Source: the human T2T-CHM13v2.0 reference genome, Homo sapiens. From it: a stretch of DNA of 64,000 nucleotides. This document shows positions 14,424-25,890 of this stretch, in pieces. The stretch is taken from NCBI RefSeq assembly GCF_009914755.1, contig NC_060933.1; one strand, given 5' to 3'. Positions within the stretch are counted from its first letter, which is position 1, and each line of letters starts with the position of its first letter. The position numbers and the translations under genes are program-made. The notes beneath the pieces were generated by a model. It had not been told where the DNA came from. It searched no databases and saw nothing but the letters and a program-made list of their open reading frames with translations.

Positions 14424-15124
14424 AAATTTTCTGTATTTTTAAAAAGTTCTTGAGTTTAGAGAGTTCTCTATCCTAGGTATATGGCTTTTTTTGGAAATGT
14501 GATTTCAAAATATTTTGTATCTGTCTGTAACTTGCAGTTTTATTCCCTTAACATGACTTTCATAATGCAAAAGACTTTAGTGTGAAGTCCCTATTAACAT
14601 TTTTTTCTTTTATAGATTGTCTTTTTGGTGTCATGTGTAAGTAGGCTTCACCTAACCCCAGGTCCTGGATGTTTGCCTAAATATCTTCTGAAAGTTTTAT
14701 AAATTTACAAATTATTTTAAATTAATTTGGGGATACAGTAAGAAGGTTGATGTTCTTTTTTTCTTTTCCAATGGGTGTCTAATTGTTCCAGCATCATTTG
14801 TTGAATAGAGTACGCTTTCTCCATTGAATTGCTTTTGCATCTTTGTCAAAAATCTATTGGGCATATTTGTGTTGGTCTATTTGTGGATTCTTTCTTGTGT
14901 TCCATTAATCTACATGTCTATTCTTCTGCCAGTACCTTACTATATTGATTATTATAGTTATAAATTCAGTCTTAACACCAGGTAGAGTGATTCCTACCAC
15001 CTTAAACTTCTTTTTCAGAATTGTTTTAGCTATTATAGCTCCTTTTGCCTTTATATATAAGTATTAAGCTAAGCCTGTTCTGTCTTTATAAAAAGCTTAC
15101 TTGGAACTACAACTTCTATTCATT

Positions 15125-16255
15125 TCTAAATAACTTTATTGAGATATAATGCACATAGCATACAGTTCACTCATTAAAAGTGTACAATTCAATGGCTATA
15201 CAATTCAATGGCTTTTACTATTGTCAGAACTGTACATTTATCACCATAAGCAATTTTAGAACATTTTTACTAACCCATAAAGAAGCTCTGTTCTTGTTCA
15301 TCTTCACCCCGCTTCCCCCCCGCTGCCCCAATCTCCTCATCCCCTAACTTTAGGCAATCAATTATCTATCTACTGTCTCTATAGATTTGACTTTTCTGGA
15401 AATTTCACATGAAAGAAATCATATAATTTTTGGTCCTTTTTGACTTTTTCATTTAGCATAGGCTTTCAAAGTGCATAAATGTTACAACATCTATTAATGC
15501 TTCATTTCTTTTTGTTAAGTAATTCATTGTGTGGAAATGCTATCTGTTTCTTATCTGTTCATCAGTTGATGGACATTTGGGTTGTCAACATCTTTTGGCT
15601 ACTATGAAAACTGCTGCTATGAACATTCATGATGAGTTGTGTGGGCATATATTTTTATTTGTCTCAGGTAGATTCCTAGGAGTAAAATTGCTGGATTATA
15701 TAATTCAATCTTATTTGAGGAACTGTCAGCCTACTTCCCACAACAGCTGTACCATTTTATGTTGCTACTGGCAGTGTATAAGTGTTCCAATTTCTCCTCA
15801 TCCTTGCTAACACTTATTATCTCTCCTTTTCAGTATAGCCATCCTAGTGGGTTTGAAGCAGTAAATCCTTGTGGCTTTTCTTGAAGGCTAATTATGTTGA
15901 GCATCTTTTCCTGATGCTCATTTGTATATGTAATCTGGTGGCCATTTGTGTATCTTCTTTGGAAAAATATCCATTTAGATCCTTTGGCTCGTCTTCCCAT
16001 CTTAAAAATTGGATTGTGTGTCTTTTTAATTACTGAGTTGTAATTTTTTATATATATGTACTGTATATAGCAACCAGCTACGTGATTTACAAAACCTTTC
16101 TCCCATTCTGTGCACTCTATTTTCACTTTCTTGATACTGTCTCTTGAAGCCCAAAAGTTTTTAGTTTGATGTTCAGTATATGTTTTTGTTGTTGTTGTTG
16201 TTGTGTTTGCTTTTGGTGTCATATCTAAGAAAATATTTTATAATTTAAGGTCATT
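15125..16255 (-). mobile_element. L1MB-like 3' fragment
   Basis: CTTTATTGAGATATAAT...AAAGTGTACAATTCAATGG 3' end. ORF 15830..16222 (MTPKA...EWEK) is an ORF2 remnant. Confidence 0.82.
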
Positions 16256-18470
16256 AAGAACAAAGTTGAAAGACGCACATTTGCTGACTTCAAAACTTAC
16301 TATAAAGCATCCCTCATCACAAATTCATAGTACTAGAATAAAGATAGATTTATAGACCAATGGAATAGAATTGACAGTCCAGAAATAAATCCATACAGCA
16401 ACAACCAATTGATTTTTGAGAAGGATGTCAAGAACATTCATTGGGGGTAAAAAAAATGGTCTTTCAACAAATGGTTCTGGGAAAACTGGAAATCTATACT
16501 CAAAGAATTTGGACGCTTACCTAACACCATATACAAAATCAACTCAGAATAGAACAAAAACCCTGACTGTAAGAACTAAAACTCTAAAACTTAGAAGAAA
16601 AATAAGAGTAAATCTTTATGACATTGGATTTGGCAATGGATTCTTAAATATGACACCAAAAGCATAAAGAAAAAGTAAATAATTTGGACTTCATAAAAAT
16701 TAAACTTTTGTTCATCAAAGGACACTACCAAGAAAGTGAAATAAGTTACAAAATTGGAGAAACTATTTGCAAATTACATACTTGATAAGAGACTACTATT
16801 CAAAATATATAAAGGAATCTTATAATTCAACAATGAAAAGACAAGCCAATTAAAATATAGACAAAGGACCTGAATGAATGCTTCTCCAAAGAAGGTATAC
16901 AAATGGCTAATAACCACATGAAAACATGCTAAACATTATTAGTCATTAAGGAGATGCAAATCAAAAGCACAAGGAGATATTACTTTACAAACACTAGGAG
17001 GTCTAGAATTTTTAAAAAAGGAAAATAAGTGTTAGAATATGGAGAAATTTTCAGCCCTCATATATCACTGGTATTGATGTAAAATGGTTAAGTCACTGCT
17101 GAAAACAGTTTGTCTGTTCCTCCAAAAGTTAAACAGAATTAACCCAAGGGCTACCAATTCCTCTGCTAGGTATATATTACCAAAATTTAAGACAAGTATT
17201 CAAACAATAACGTGTATACAAATGTTCATACCAACACTATCCACAATAGCTAAAATATGGAAACAACTCAAATGTTTATTAACTGAAGAATAGAAAAGCA
17301 AAATACAGTGTATTTGCACAATGGACTACTATTCAGCCCTAAAAAAGAATGCTTGTTTTGATACACACTACAACTTGAATGAACATGGAAAACATTATGC
17401 TAGGCAGAGAAGCCAGACACAAAATGTCTGATTTTGTGTGATTCTGCTACAGACAGCAGAGAGGGAAACAATGGGTAGAAGAGGGTGGTTCCCCAGCAAA
17501 GGTGGTTCCCCACCCTCAAGCCTGGAAATTCGTGGCCCTAAATGGGAATAGGGATTCCTGTTTTCATGCCCAGAAGTTGCCTTTTGGCCACCACGTCCCC
17601 CTATCCTGTACCTGTATAAACCGCAGACCCTAGGATCTAGAAGCAGACAAGGTAAGAGATAAACAAAAGAGCAGAAGAACAGCAGAATGGCTTGGCAGAG
17701 GAAAGAGGAGGAGTGTCTGAACATGGAGAGGAGTTTGGCTGGGGACGGCCAGAGAGGAGACTGGCTGCTGAATGGCCACACTCCAGGGGAATATCATCTT
17801 CCCACTGCATTCCCTTTCCAGCTCCCCATCTACCCCACTGAGAGCCACTTCCATCACTTAAAAACTCCACATTCGTCCTTGAAGTCTGTGTGTGGCTTGA
17901 TTTTTCCTGGATGCTGGACAAGAGTTTGGGATACAGAATGCTGTCATACTGGCCCTCTGCCCTTGCAGAAAGGCAGAGGGTCTACTGAGCTAACACTTAA
18001 GCCACCTGCAGACAGCAAGGGTAAAAGAGCACACGGTAACATGTGCCCACTTGGGCTTTGGGAATCACAGGCACCCACCCCTGGACACTGCCATGGGGCC
18101 AGAGCCCAGGAGCACTTGCTCAGGCTCCCACATCCGCCTGTCTGTGTGCTCCCGCTCCTTAGGGGTTTGAGCAAATAAGACAAGCCATAACCCTGTCACA
18201 CGTCCTGTAAGATGGGTCAGGGAACTCTTCCCATTTCAATTCCATTTATATGAAATATTCAGATTAGGTAAATCCATAAAGACAGAAAGCAGGTTAGTGG
18301 TTGCCAGTGCCTGATGAAGGGAAAACATGGAGAAATATGAAAACGTTTTGGAACCAAATGGAGTAACAGTTGTACAATACTGTGAATGTATTAAATGGCA
18401 TTGAAGTGTATTTTTTTAACAGTTAATGTTATACTATATGAATTCTACCTGTGGAAAAAGAAAAATTAAA
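16256..18470 (+). mobile_element. L1MB-like 3' fragment interrupted by an LTR
   Basis: Sense ORF2 (GACTTCAAAACTTACTATAAAGC; LDAYLTPYTK; FLNMTPKA) continuing to a 3' UTR and A-rich end at ~18470. Confidence 0.85.
17445..18238 (+). mobile_element. MER50-like solo LTR (ERV1)
   Basis: TG...CA ends, perfect 4-bp TSD ATTC, GGGTAGAAGAGGG...CCCCACCCTCAAGCCTGGAAA; 794 bp. Confidence 0.85.
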
Positions 18471-18885
18471 GATCCTGAGCAAATACTAAGTCAAATGGGA
18501 CACTAAAACAATAGGCATAAACAAAGTACACCAGTTCAGAGGGTAACCCTAACGTCTGCATGTTAGGGCTTAAGAGTATTGAAGTTTTAAAAAAACGCGT
18601 AAAGATACATTTGCTATATACTCTATTAATTTTTCATTACCCTCTCAGTTCTTGTCTAAATCCAGCCTATGTTGGCAATGTTCTTCTCCTGGTCTTTCTT
18701 CCACTCAGGAATTTGCTATGAATTACCAGTGATTTCCTTTTATAGGAGTTCCCAAGAACAAATCTGAATGTACCAGTGTTACTTTCAGTCAATTGAGACG
18801 CCAACTGTCACACAAATTTTCAAGAGACAACTGCCTCTTTTACCAAAGTTAATATGTGGTTCACACTTAGGTTCTTCATCTTTTT

Positions 18886-19113
18886 CCCAACATCTCACTG
18901 AAAATCAGGATTACAGACTCAAATGCTGTCACTGATGAGGAAGGAAAAATTAACGCAAAGAGTGTACAGATAAAGTATGATAGGAAGATTAGGGTTTCTA
19001 GCAAAATGAGATGCTCTACTTAAGGAAAGTCAACCTTTAAGACACTGTACCAGCTAAACAAGACTTTATCTACAAGCCAGAATTCAGCCCATCGTCTGAA
19101 TTTACAATTTCTG
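18886..19113 (-). mobile_element. MER102-like hAT-Charlie element
   Basis: Ends CAGGATTACAGACTCAAATGC and GAATTTACAATTTCTG resemble decayed MER102 termini. Confidence 0.5.
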
Positions 19114-19271
19114 TAAGTAAGTGCACTGTCATAGAAAACTGTTTTCTGTGCTCTTGCTCAGAAAGGTTTGATGGAGATAATACAGAGAAGAAAGATTGTT
19201 TTTTGTTAAAATAAAAAAAAATTTCTTTTGTAAGTGAAAATAGTTTAAATTCATTTGTTCCATTTTATGGT

Positions 19272-19670
19272 ATCATAGAACCTTAGATCTGGATGGAAAC
19301 TTCGAGTCTCATTTTCCACTTAAGTGCAGGACTCTTCTCTGTAATACCACTGACAGAGGGCCCCAGGTGTCATTTAACACTTCTTGAATGAGGACTTCAC
19401 AATACATGAAGGCAGTCATTTCATTACTGGCCTGCTGAAGTTGTTAGGAGGTGATTTTTGAGATGAGCTGTGTTCTACTTTCTTGCCTGTATCTCCTTTC
19501 CATCTTGATTCTCCCTGTTGTCTGGAGACAAAATGAATCCATTCCTGCTTCTACAGGTTTTCCCTTCAAATATTTGCAGATTGCTCTCAAACCTCTCTTT
19601 GGTTCTATCTTTTCCAGGCTACACTGTCCCAGTATTCAGTGATACCACATTTTGACATGATTTGCAATTC
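19272..19670 (-). mobile_element. L3/CR1 LINE 3' fragment
   Basis: TCATAGAACCTTAGATCTGGATGGAAAC 3' end, plus CCCTTCAAATATTTG and TTTTCCAGGCTA antisense CR1 motifs. Confidence 0.7.
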
Positions 19671-19845
19671 CTCATCTGATAGAATGCAATCCTAAAATGG
19701 CCCTCTCTTTCATCATTACCCTTTTGATTTTTGGTATCTTTAGAAAAAGACATGCAGTCCAAAGAAAGTATGAAAACAAAGCATGGTAAGACTAGTGCTT
19801 CTAGCGTTCTGAACTTCAGCTCTTATTCTATGTTCTTCACCCCTT

Positions 19846-19960
19846 TTAGATTGTATGCTGCATGAAGTCAAGGACTGTGTTTTTCTGATTCATCGTACTG
19901 TTCCCAACACCTTATACAGTATCTGTAATATAAAAATTCCCAATACATAATTGTTGAATC
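19846..19960 (+). mobile_element. L2 3' end
   Basis: TAGATTGTATGCTGCATGAAG..AGGACTGTG...TTGTTGAAT. Confidence 0.6.
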
Positions 19961-20444
19961 ATTTAACAGTTAACTTATGTCACTGTCCCTTCATTGGCTA
20001 GATGCAGAGACTGGAAATAAAATTTTGTAATACCTGGTCCTGTTGGGATATCCAGTTTTCTCTTTTCCTCCCTCCCTCTCCTTTTAAAAATTTCTCCAAA
20101 TCTTTGGAGAAATTTAGAGACGTGAATATTACAAACTAGTGAACTCATGACAGTGTGTGAGCTAAATGCCATCTGTTTCAGGGAAATATTGTCCTGTGCC
20201 CATCAGTGTTTTTCACCCAAAGTGAATTCCAACATGTGCAAAAACTGGAACTAGAACAGAAGTACTTTATCCCTTAAAGCCTAGATTGCTGCAGAGCTCT
20301 TTTTCTTGGTGAATGTGTGTGCACGTGTGTGGTGTGGTGTGTGTGCATTGCATGTAAGAGTTTATGGGATAGAGAGTAAGCCTCATGGCCTGGGAGCAGG
20401 GCTGATCAACTCTGTAGAGCAGTGGTTACCAGTTCGCTCATGGG

Positions 20445-20738
20445 TGAAATAACTGGAATTAAATTAGCAATTGCCATACAGCAAGTGATGGGTGGAATTG
20501 GGAATCAAACTCAGATCTTGTGAGGATAAATGCAGTGCTCTATCCATTACATGGGTGCTTCTTAGTTTTAAAATGTAAAAACGAATACCCTCCAAGTTAA
20601 TTTGCCCTCTACTTTGATGAATGATTTTATTTTTTGGATCAATGGCCCTTGGTGGAATGAAATTTCACCAGCTCTGGACTACAGGGCCCAATTGTCATCC
20701 TTTATTTCTACTTCTTAGAGATATGGACAGCTGCTTAA
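20445..20738 (+). repeat. Local direct repeat, copy 1 (copy 2 at 22017-22317)
   Basis: Shared exact blocks AATTGGGAATCAAACTCAGATCTTG (25 nt) and CAGCTCTGGACTACAGGGCCCAATTG (26 nt). Confidence 0.92.
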
Positions 20739-20739
20739 T

Positions 20740-20875
20740 TTGTAGCAACCTAGTGCATTTGCAGATCCTGGGACACTATTTCATGTACCAGAATCCAAAA
20801 TTTTATGGAGTTTAGAAATTTGCATTTTTAACTATAAACTCAATTATTCTCTATAGGCTAGAAAGAGAACATGGT
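20740..20875 (+). mobile_element. MER5-like hAT fragment (possible left end at 20420)
   Basis: TGCAGATCCTGGG...CAGAATC...GAAATTTGCATTTTTAAC; CAGTGGTT at 20420. Confidence 0.5.
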
Positions 20876-21199
20876 TTTTGTGTGATTGTTATTTTGTCCG
20901 GGGTATTAATGAGGGAAAATAAGCCCTAGGGAAAAGGTTTTTGATGCGGGAAGAGGTGCTGGAAGTGAGCAGTAGGTCTGTAAAAATATCAGGTGGCAGG
21001 ATTTCTACAAACAAAGGGAACAAAGGAACACATGAAGAGTAATTCAGTGGTCTAAGGCCATCTAATTTGGGGAAAATGGCTATGCTTATCTAAATGACTG
21101 GCATCACAGGGACTTGCTCAGTAAAATGATTCACATGAATATGGATGATGAATAGACACAACATCTGAGCAGTTACATACATTCAGGTACCTTTATTTT

Positions 21200-21540
21200 A
21201 AAAATAGAATCATTAAGAGGAGTGATGAATTTATTAGCATGGAAAAATGTCCACAACACATTAAATAGGAGAGGCCCTGCTTAGATAGTGAAAGTATAAA
21301 GAGAAGGGCAGAAGTGGTCACTGTGACAGTTTTCTTAGTGGCTACCTTTTTGGGGAGAAGAAAGGGGCACAGGATTGTGAGGGTAGCAGGAGTGACTCTC
21401 TGGGATGTTGGTGCTATACCATTTCTTGGCCCCTGTGCTGGATACACAGACACTGGCTTCATGATAACCCCGGAAGATGTATGTTAATAAAATGTGTGCC
21501 CTTTCCTGACTTGTGTGCTATCTTTCTCAGAAAAATAGCT
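21200..21540 (+). mobile_element. L1ME-like 3' end
   Basis: CATGGAAAAATGTCCACAAC, AGTGGCTACCTT..GGGG and TTTCTTGGCCCCTGTGCTGGATACACAG. Confidence 0.55.
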
Positions 21541-22016
21541 AAATTTTGAAGTTTTAACACCAGCACCTTACTATTTGAATTGTTTCAAATTCATTTAGGA
21601 AAAACGCCCAAATCTAGTTTCTTATTCCTGAAATGGAAACGTTAAATGTTTACATTTATCTGTGATTCATATGACTTGATTTTAAATAGGTGGCATGAGA
21701 ACTCTCTTAAACAATTTGCTGGTTTACTCAAAGATGTTATACTCTAGAACTGAATCAGGATTTCTCAGCTTAAAACCAGTTCTTGAGTCTTTGGTCTTTA
21801 TCTTTCTCTTATTTTCTCATTAAAAATTGTTTCCCCCTGTATTACTTTATGGTTGTTTTTCTTAATTCTAAAAAGCTGATACTTTACAGGTCCACTGTGT
21901 GGTTTACAAGCAGCTTTGCCTGAACTGTTTGATTTGTTTTGATTTGATTCAGAATATTTCTCTAAGGCAATAGAGAGGTTCCTCCTAACCTCACTCTATC
22001 CTAGGCTCCTCACATA

Positions 22017-22317
22017 TGAAATAAGTGAAATTAACTTAGCTGTTGCCATACACCAAGTGATGGGTGCAATTGGGAATCAAACTCAGATCTTGAGTATAAA
22101 TGCAGTGCTCGATCCATTACATGGGTGTTTCTTTTAAAAATGTAAATGCAAGTGGCATCCAAATTAATTTGCCTTCTACTTACCAGGCTCATGAATGATG
22201 TTATTTTTTAGATTACTGCCCTTGGTGGAAAGAAAAGAAAATTTTAACAGCTCTGGACTACAGGGCCCAATTGCCATCTTTTATTTCTACCTTGTAGAGA
22301 AATGAAGAGTTGCTTAA
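22017..22317 (+). repeat. Local direct repeat, copy 2
   Basis: Aligns by eye over ~300 bp with 20445-20738. Confidence 0.92.
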
Positions 22318-22329
22318 ATGAAAAGCTTT

Positions 22330-22935
22330 ACATTTTACATTCAATGAAATATACATACAGAAAAGTGTACATTGGTGTGTGTAACTCATTTGATTTTTTC
22401 CCAAGCAAATATAACCTTGCAACCAGCACCTACATCAAGAAAGGCAGTCTTTTAACATCTCAGATGTTTCCCTCTTACTAATGTTGAATCAGTATCCACA
22501 TCCAAGGCCAGGCACTATCATGACTTTTGCCCCATAGATCAGTTTTGCCTGTTTTTATGCCTTCTGTAAATGGAATCACATAAGATGCATTCTTTTATGT
22601 CTGGCTTCCTTGGCTCCATGTTATATTTGTGAGATTTACACACATTGTTATCTGTACTTACAGAATATTCATTCTCTTTACTGCATAGTATTTCATTGTA
22701 TGAGTATATCACAATTTTTCTATCAACTATTGATGGGCATTAGGTTAGTTTTTGGTTTGGGAATATGAAAATCATAATACTGTCATCATTCTAGTCTAGG
22801 TCTTTTGGTGAACAGGTATACATATTCCTGTTAGGTATATGGCTAGGAATGGGATTGCTGGGTCCTAGCTTATGAAGTGTTCAGATTTAATAGAGATTGC
22901 ACAAAATCTTTCAAACAGGTTTATACTCCCACTGC
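22330..22935 (-). mobile_element. L1ME3-like 3' fragment
   Basis: ATACATACAGAAAAGTGTACA 3' end, followed by GTAAATGGAATCAC and GGGATTGCTGGGTC. Confidence 0.75.
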
Positions 22936-22944
22936 TCCATGACA

Positions 22945-23130
22945 GCCAGCTTGGAAGAGAGCTGGGGAAATAAGTGCCCTACTCTATCTTCTGATTTCTT
23001 GCATGTGCTTTCCACTGTCTGAGCCCAACCTGAAGCTGGAATAATACATTACTTGAGGTCAGCCTCCACAATGCTGAGCAAGGTGAAGGGGGCTGATTCT
23101 GGAGATTCAAGGGGAAGGCATCCAGCTCTT
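22945..23130 (-). mobile_element. LTR33-like fragment (ERVL)
   Basis: GAGCCCAACCTGAAGC..GAGGTCAGCCTCC..TCTGGAG. Confidence 0.5.
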
Positions 23131-23252
23131 CCTTTCATTCCATGCTCCTGGGAAAATTGCTGATTTTCTTCTCTGCATGAAAATTTTTTTGAGTTTTTCT
23201 CTTATTTTCACTACTTCGTAAAAGCACTTTAAAAAAGTAAATGGAGTTATTC

Positions 23253-23537
23253 GGGCGGGCGTGGTGACTCATGCCTGTAATCCTAGCACTTTTGAGTGGC
23301 TGAGGTGGGTGGATCACTTGAGGTCAGGAGTTCGAGACTAGCCTAGCCAACATGGTGAAACCGGTCTCTACGAAAAATACAAAAATTAGCCAGGTGTGGT
23401 GGTGTGTTCCTGTAATCCCAGCTACTCAGGAGGCTGAGGTATGAGAATCACTTGAACCGGGGAGGCGGAGGTAGCAGTGAGCAGAGATTGCACGACTACA
23501 CTCCAGCCTGGGCAAAAGAGCAAGACTGTTTCAAAAA
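23253..23537 (+). mobile_element. AluSx/Sz SINE with a very short tail
   Basis: Full dimer. TSD AGTA(A/G)ATGGAGTTATT at 23236-23251 and 23539-23554. Confidence 0.93.
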
Positions 23538-23999
23538 TAGTAGATGGAGTTATTAAATATGGATATGTGAACTTTTTTATGTTCCTGAAGTGTTGTCATA
23601 TCTAGAAATGGCACATCTGGACATATCACACTTAGATCTGTAATGTGAACATGCTTCTCCATATGTCCATATTTTAAGTGCTATCATACTTGATGCATGC
23701 ATTGTTTTGGACGGAAAAGTTTTGGGGAACGTGAAATAGTAAATGGTAAAGTAGAACCAAAATAGCACACGTCTAACCATCCTAATTTAGAAAAAGGAAA
23801 ACAACACAGGGGGAAGGGAATATGAAGGCGCAAACATGTGTTGTATGTTTACTATGCGACAGGCACTGTGCCTGCATACGTTTTCCACAAAATAAGAATG
23901 GTGCTCAGAATTCTGATTCTTCACATACATGATCCATTGTAGGTGCTACCACAACTACTTCATTCTATCAGCTGTAGTGTATCAAGAAACGGGTAGTAT

Positions 24000-24430
24000 T
24001 AGGTATAGAAGTGAGTTCTGGGATGCATGAGCAAGTTGCAAGCATAGGTTGCTCAAGTTCTTAGTGTGCCTACACCTGTCCACCGCACCACCCCCCGCCC
24101 CTGTGGCCTGACCTCCCTCAGTCAGCCCCTTTGGGTTTTTGGGGCTTCCCATGACCAGGAGTCAAAAGATGAAAACACTTCGGCCTAGATAACAGATGAA
24201 CCTTTCCACTATGCCAGCACAGGTGGATTGCTGCAATATTACAGCCTCTCATGGGAGGGGCCCTGCAGGATGGTGGGCAAGTAAACACTCCCAATAGGCA
24301 GAATTGAGGCAGTGTATCTTGTTGGATGAAGACATGGCTAAGGTCAAGATTTACTGTGATTTCTGAACAGCAGGTAATGGCCTGGCCCAGATAGTCAGGA
24401 TAATGTTATGAGCAAGATGGGGGAATTGAT
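24000..24430 (+). mobile_element. ERV-L-class pol (RNase H) remnant
   Basis: Broken frame A*ITDE..HYAST / WIAAILQPL..ALQDGG / Q*AEL / AVYLV matches ERV-L AWFTDGS..WTAAALQPL..LKDSG..QWAELRAVHLV. Confidence 0.72.
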
Positions 24431-25177
24431 GTGAACTGTGTCATGCCATCCCATAAAACGCTTGATTTATGGGAAACAGAACGTGTGTGGCCCAGAGCAA
24501 CAATCACAGATTATTCTGCGGTACCTTACTGCCCACTAGGAACAAATGCCCGTGTTCACAGCCCTTGCTGGGAGGGCATGTTTAACTGAGCATTCTTATA
24601 TCTGGTGACTCACCTAGCCCAGCAGGTAGGACTGGCATATGTTATGAGGGTAGAGGGAGAATGACAGTTGTCTGGGCTGAAAAAATTGCATTCTCTTGGA
24701 TAATTTGAACTTAGACATTGTGGAAAGTCACAGGTGGGTTTCAGAGATTCTGGAAGCAGACATAGGAAGACAACAGGCCAGGTTACTGGTAGAACATCAG
24801 CTTCCAAACTCTAGAAGTCAGGCTGCCCAAACTTCACAACATCCCTCCAGCCTCCAGTTCCCTTTCCTAACAACTTTGGTGATGCCTCATTTCTCATTCT
24901 GGCATCCAGGAAGTCTATATCCTTACAACACCTAGAAGTTTGCTTTAACTCGATTGACTGAAGTTTTATGCTTTCAACTAATAAATCCTTGGTATTAAAA
25001 CAACTAAAACCACATATTGGGTCTTAGGCTTCTAGGGATTGACAGTATGTGGTTCCTGCTCACATTTTAGCACTGAAAATTTTTAAAAAGTAATTTATGC
25101 TATTTATTTTGATAAACGCTATAATTGAAATAAATTTAAAACAATACAAGCAAAACAAGGAAATGGCTAAATATATC

Positions 25178-25526
<349 letters not shown>

Positions 25527-25579
25527 ATTTGTCCTTTGGGTTCTGCAAAACCAGGATCTGCTCCTTCTGGGGAGTTTAG

Positions 25580-25890
25580 TAATGACTTCAGAGAGGAGGT
25601 GACTTTGAGCCAAGTCTTGAAGGATGAGAATTTTTCTCAGGTGGACAGGGCAGACAAGCTAGGATAGGCAGTAAGAACTGTGTGTCAGGGCATGGCAATG
25701 TGAATCAATCTTGATTTTTTGGGGAACAGACAATAGTTTGAAGCTAGAGCTAAGCGGGTGTTGGCAGGGAGTGGATAGCACTGGAGTTGGTGAAGAAGGA
25801 ATTCGGGGAAATGGGTGGAAGCCAGTCATGCAGACTCATGTATGCCATGCTTAAGATCTTGGATTTATCATGTGGGTGATGGGAGCTGGG
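25580..25890 (-). mobile_element. L2 fragment
   Basis: CTTCAGAGAGGAGGTGACTTTGAGC..TCTTGAAGGATGAG. Confidence 0.7.

Larger units (their letters stand above)
12510..15110 (-). mobile_element. L1MC/MD-like element (3' UTR and ORF2 3' part) carrying three nested inserts
   Basis: AAGTTGCAAAAATAGTAGAG 3' end. ORF 13808..14011 (HMKRCSMSLATREMQI) matches the L1 ORF2 C-terminus. Confidence 0.75.
10987..18551 (-). mobile_element. hAT-Blackjack DNA transposon remnant split by nested insertions (own sequence ~10987-12500 and ~18470-18551)
   Basis: Left end TAGGGTGACCAAGAAATTTATTGTCCAAA at 10987 and right end GGTAACCCTA at 18542-18551. Minus strand 11636-11692 reads PVEKNLFLVTTLWSTKENQ, resembling the hAT C-terminal xVERxFS...W motif. 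Confidence 0.72.

Noticed and set aside
17395-18183. Cluster of overlapping 75-163 aa ORFs
   Set aside because: They lie in the GC-rich MER50 LTR. The same applies to the clusters at 34464-34958 (LTR1) and 40523-40942 (LTR16).
24500-24990. Possible ancient LTR (also ~44935-45360, and a possible DNA-transposon piece at ~23560-23780)
   Set aside because: Too decayed for me to assign a family or boundaries.
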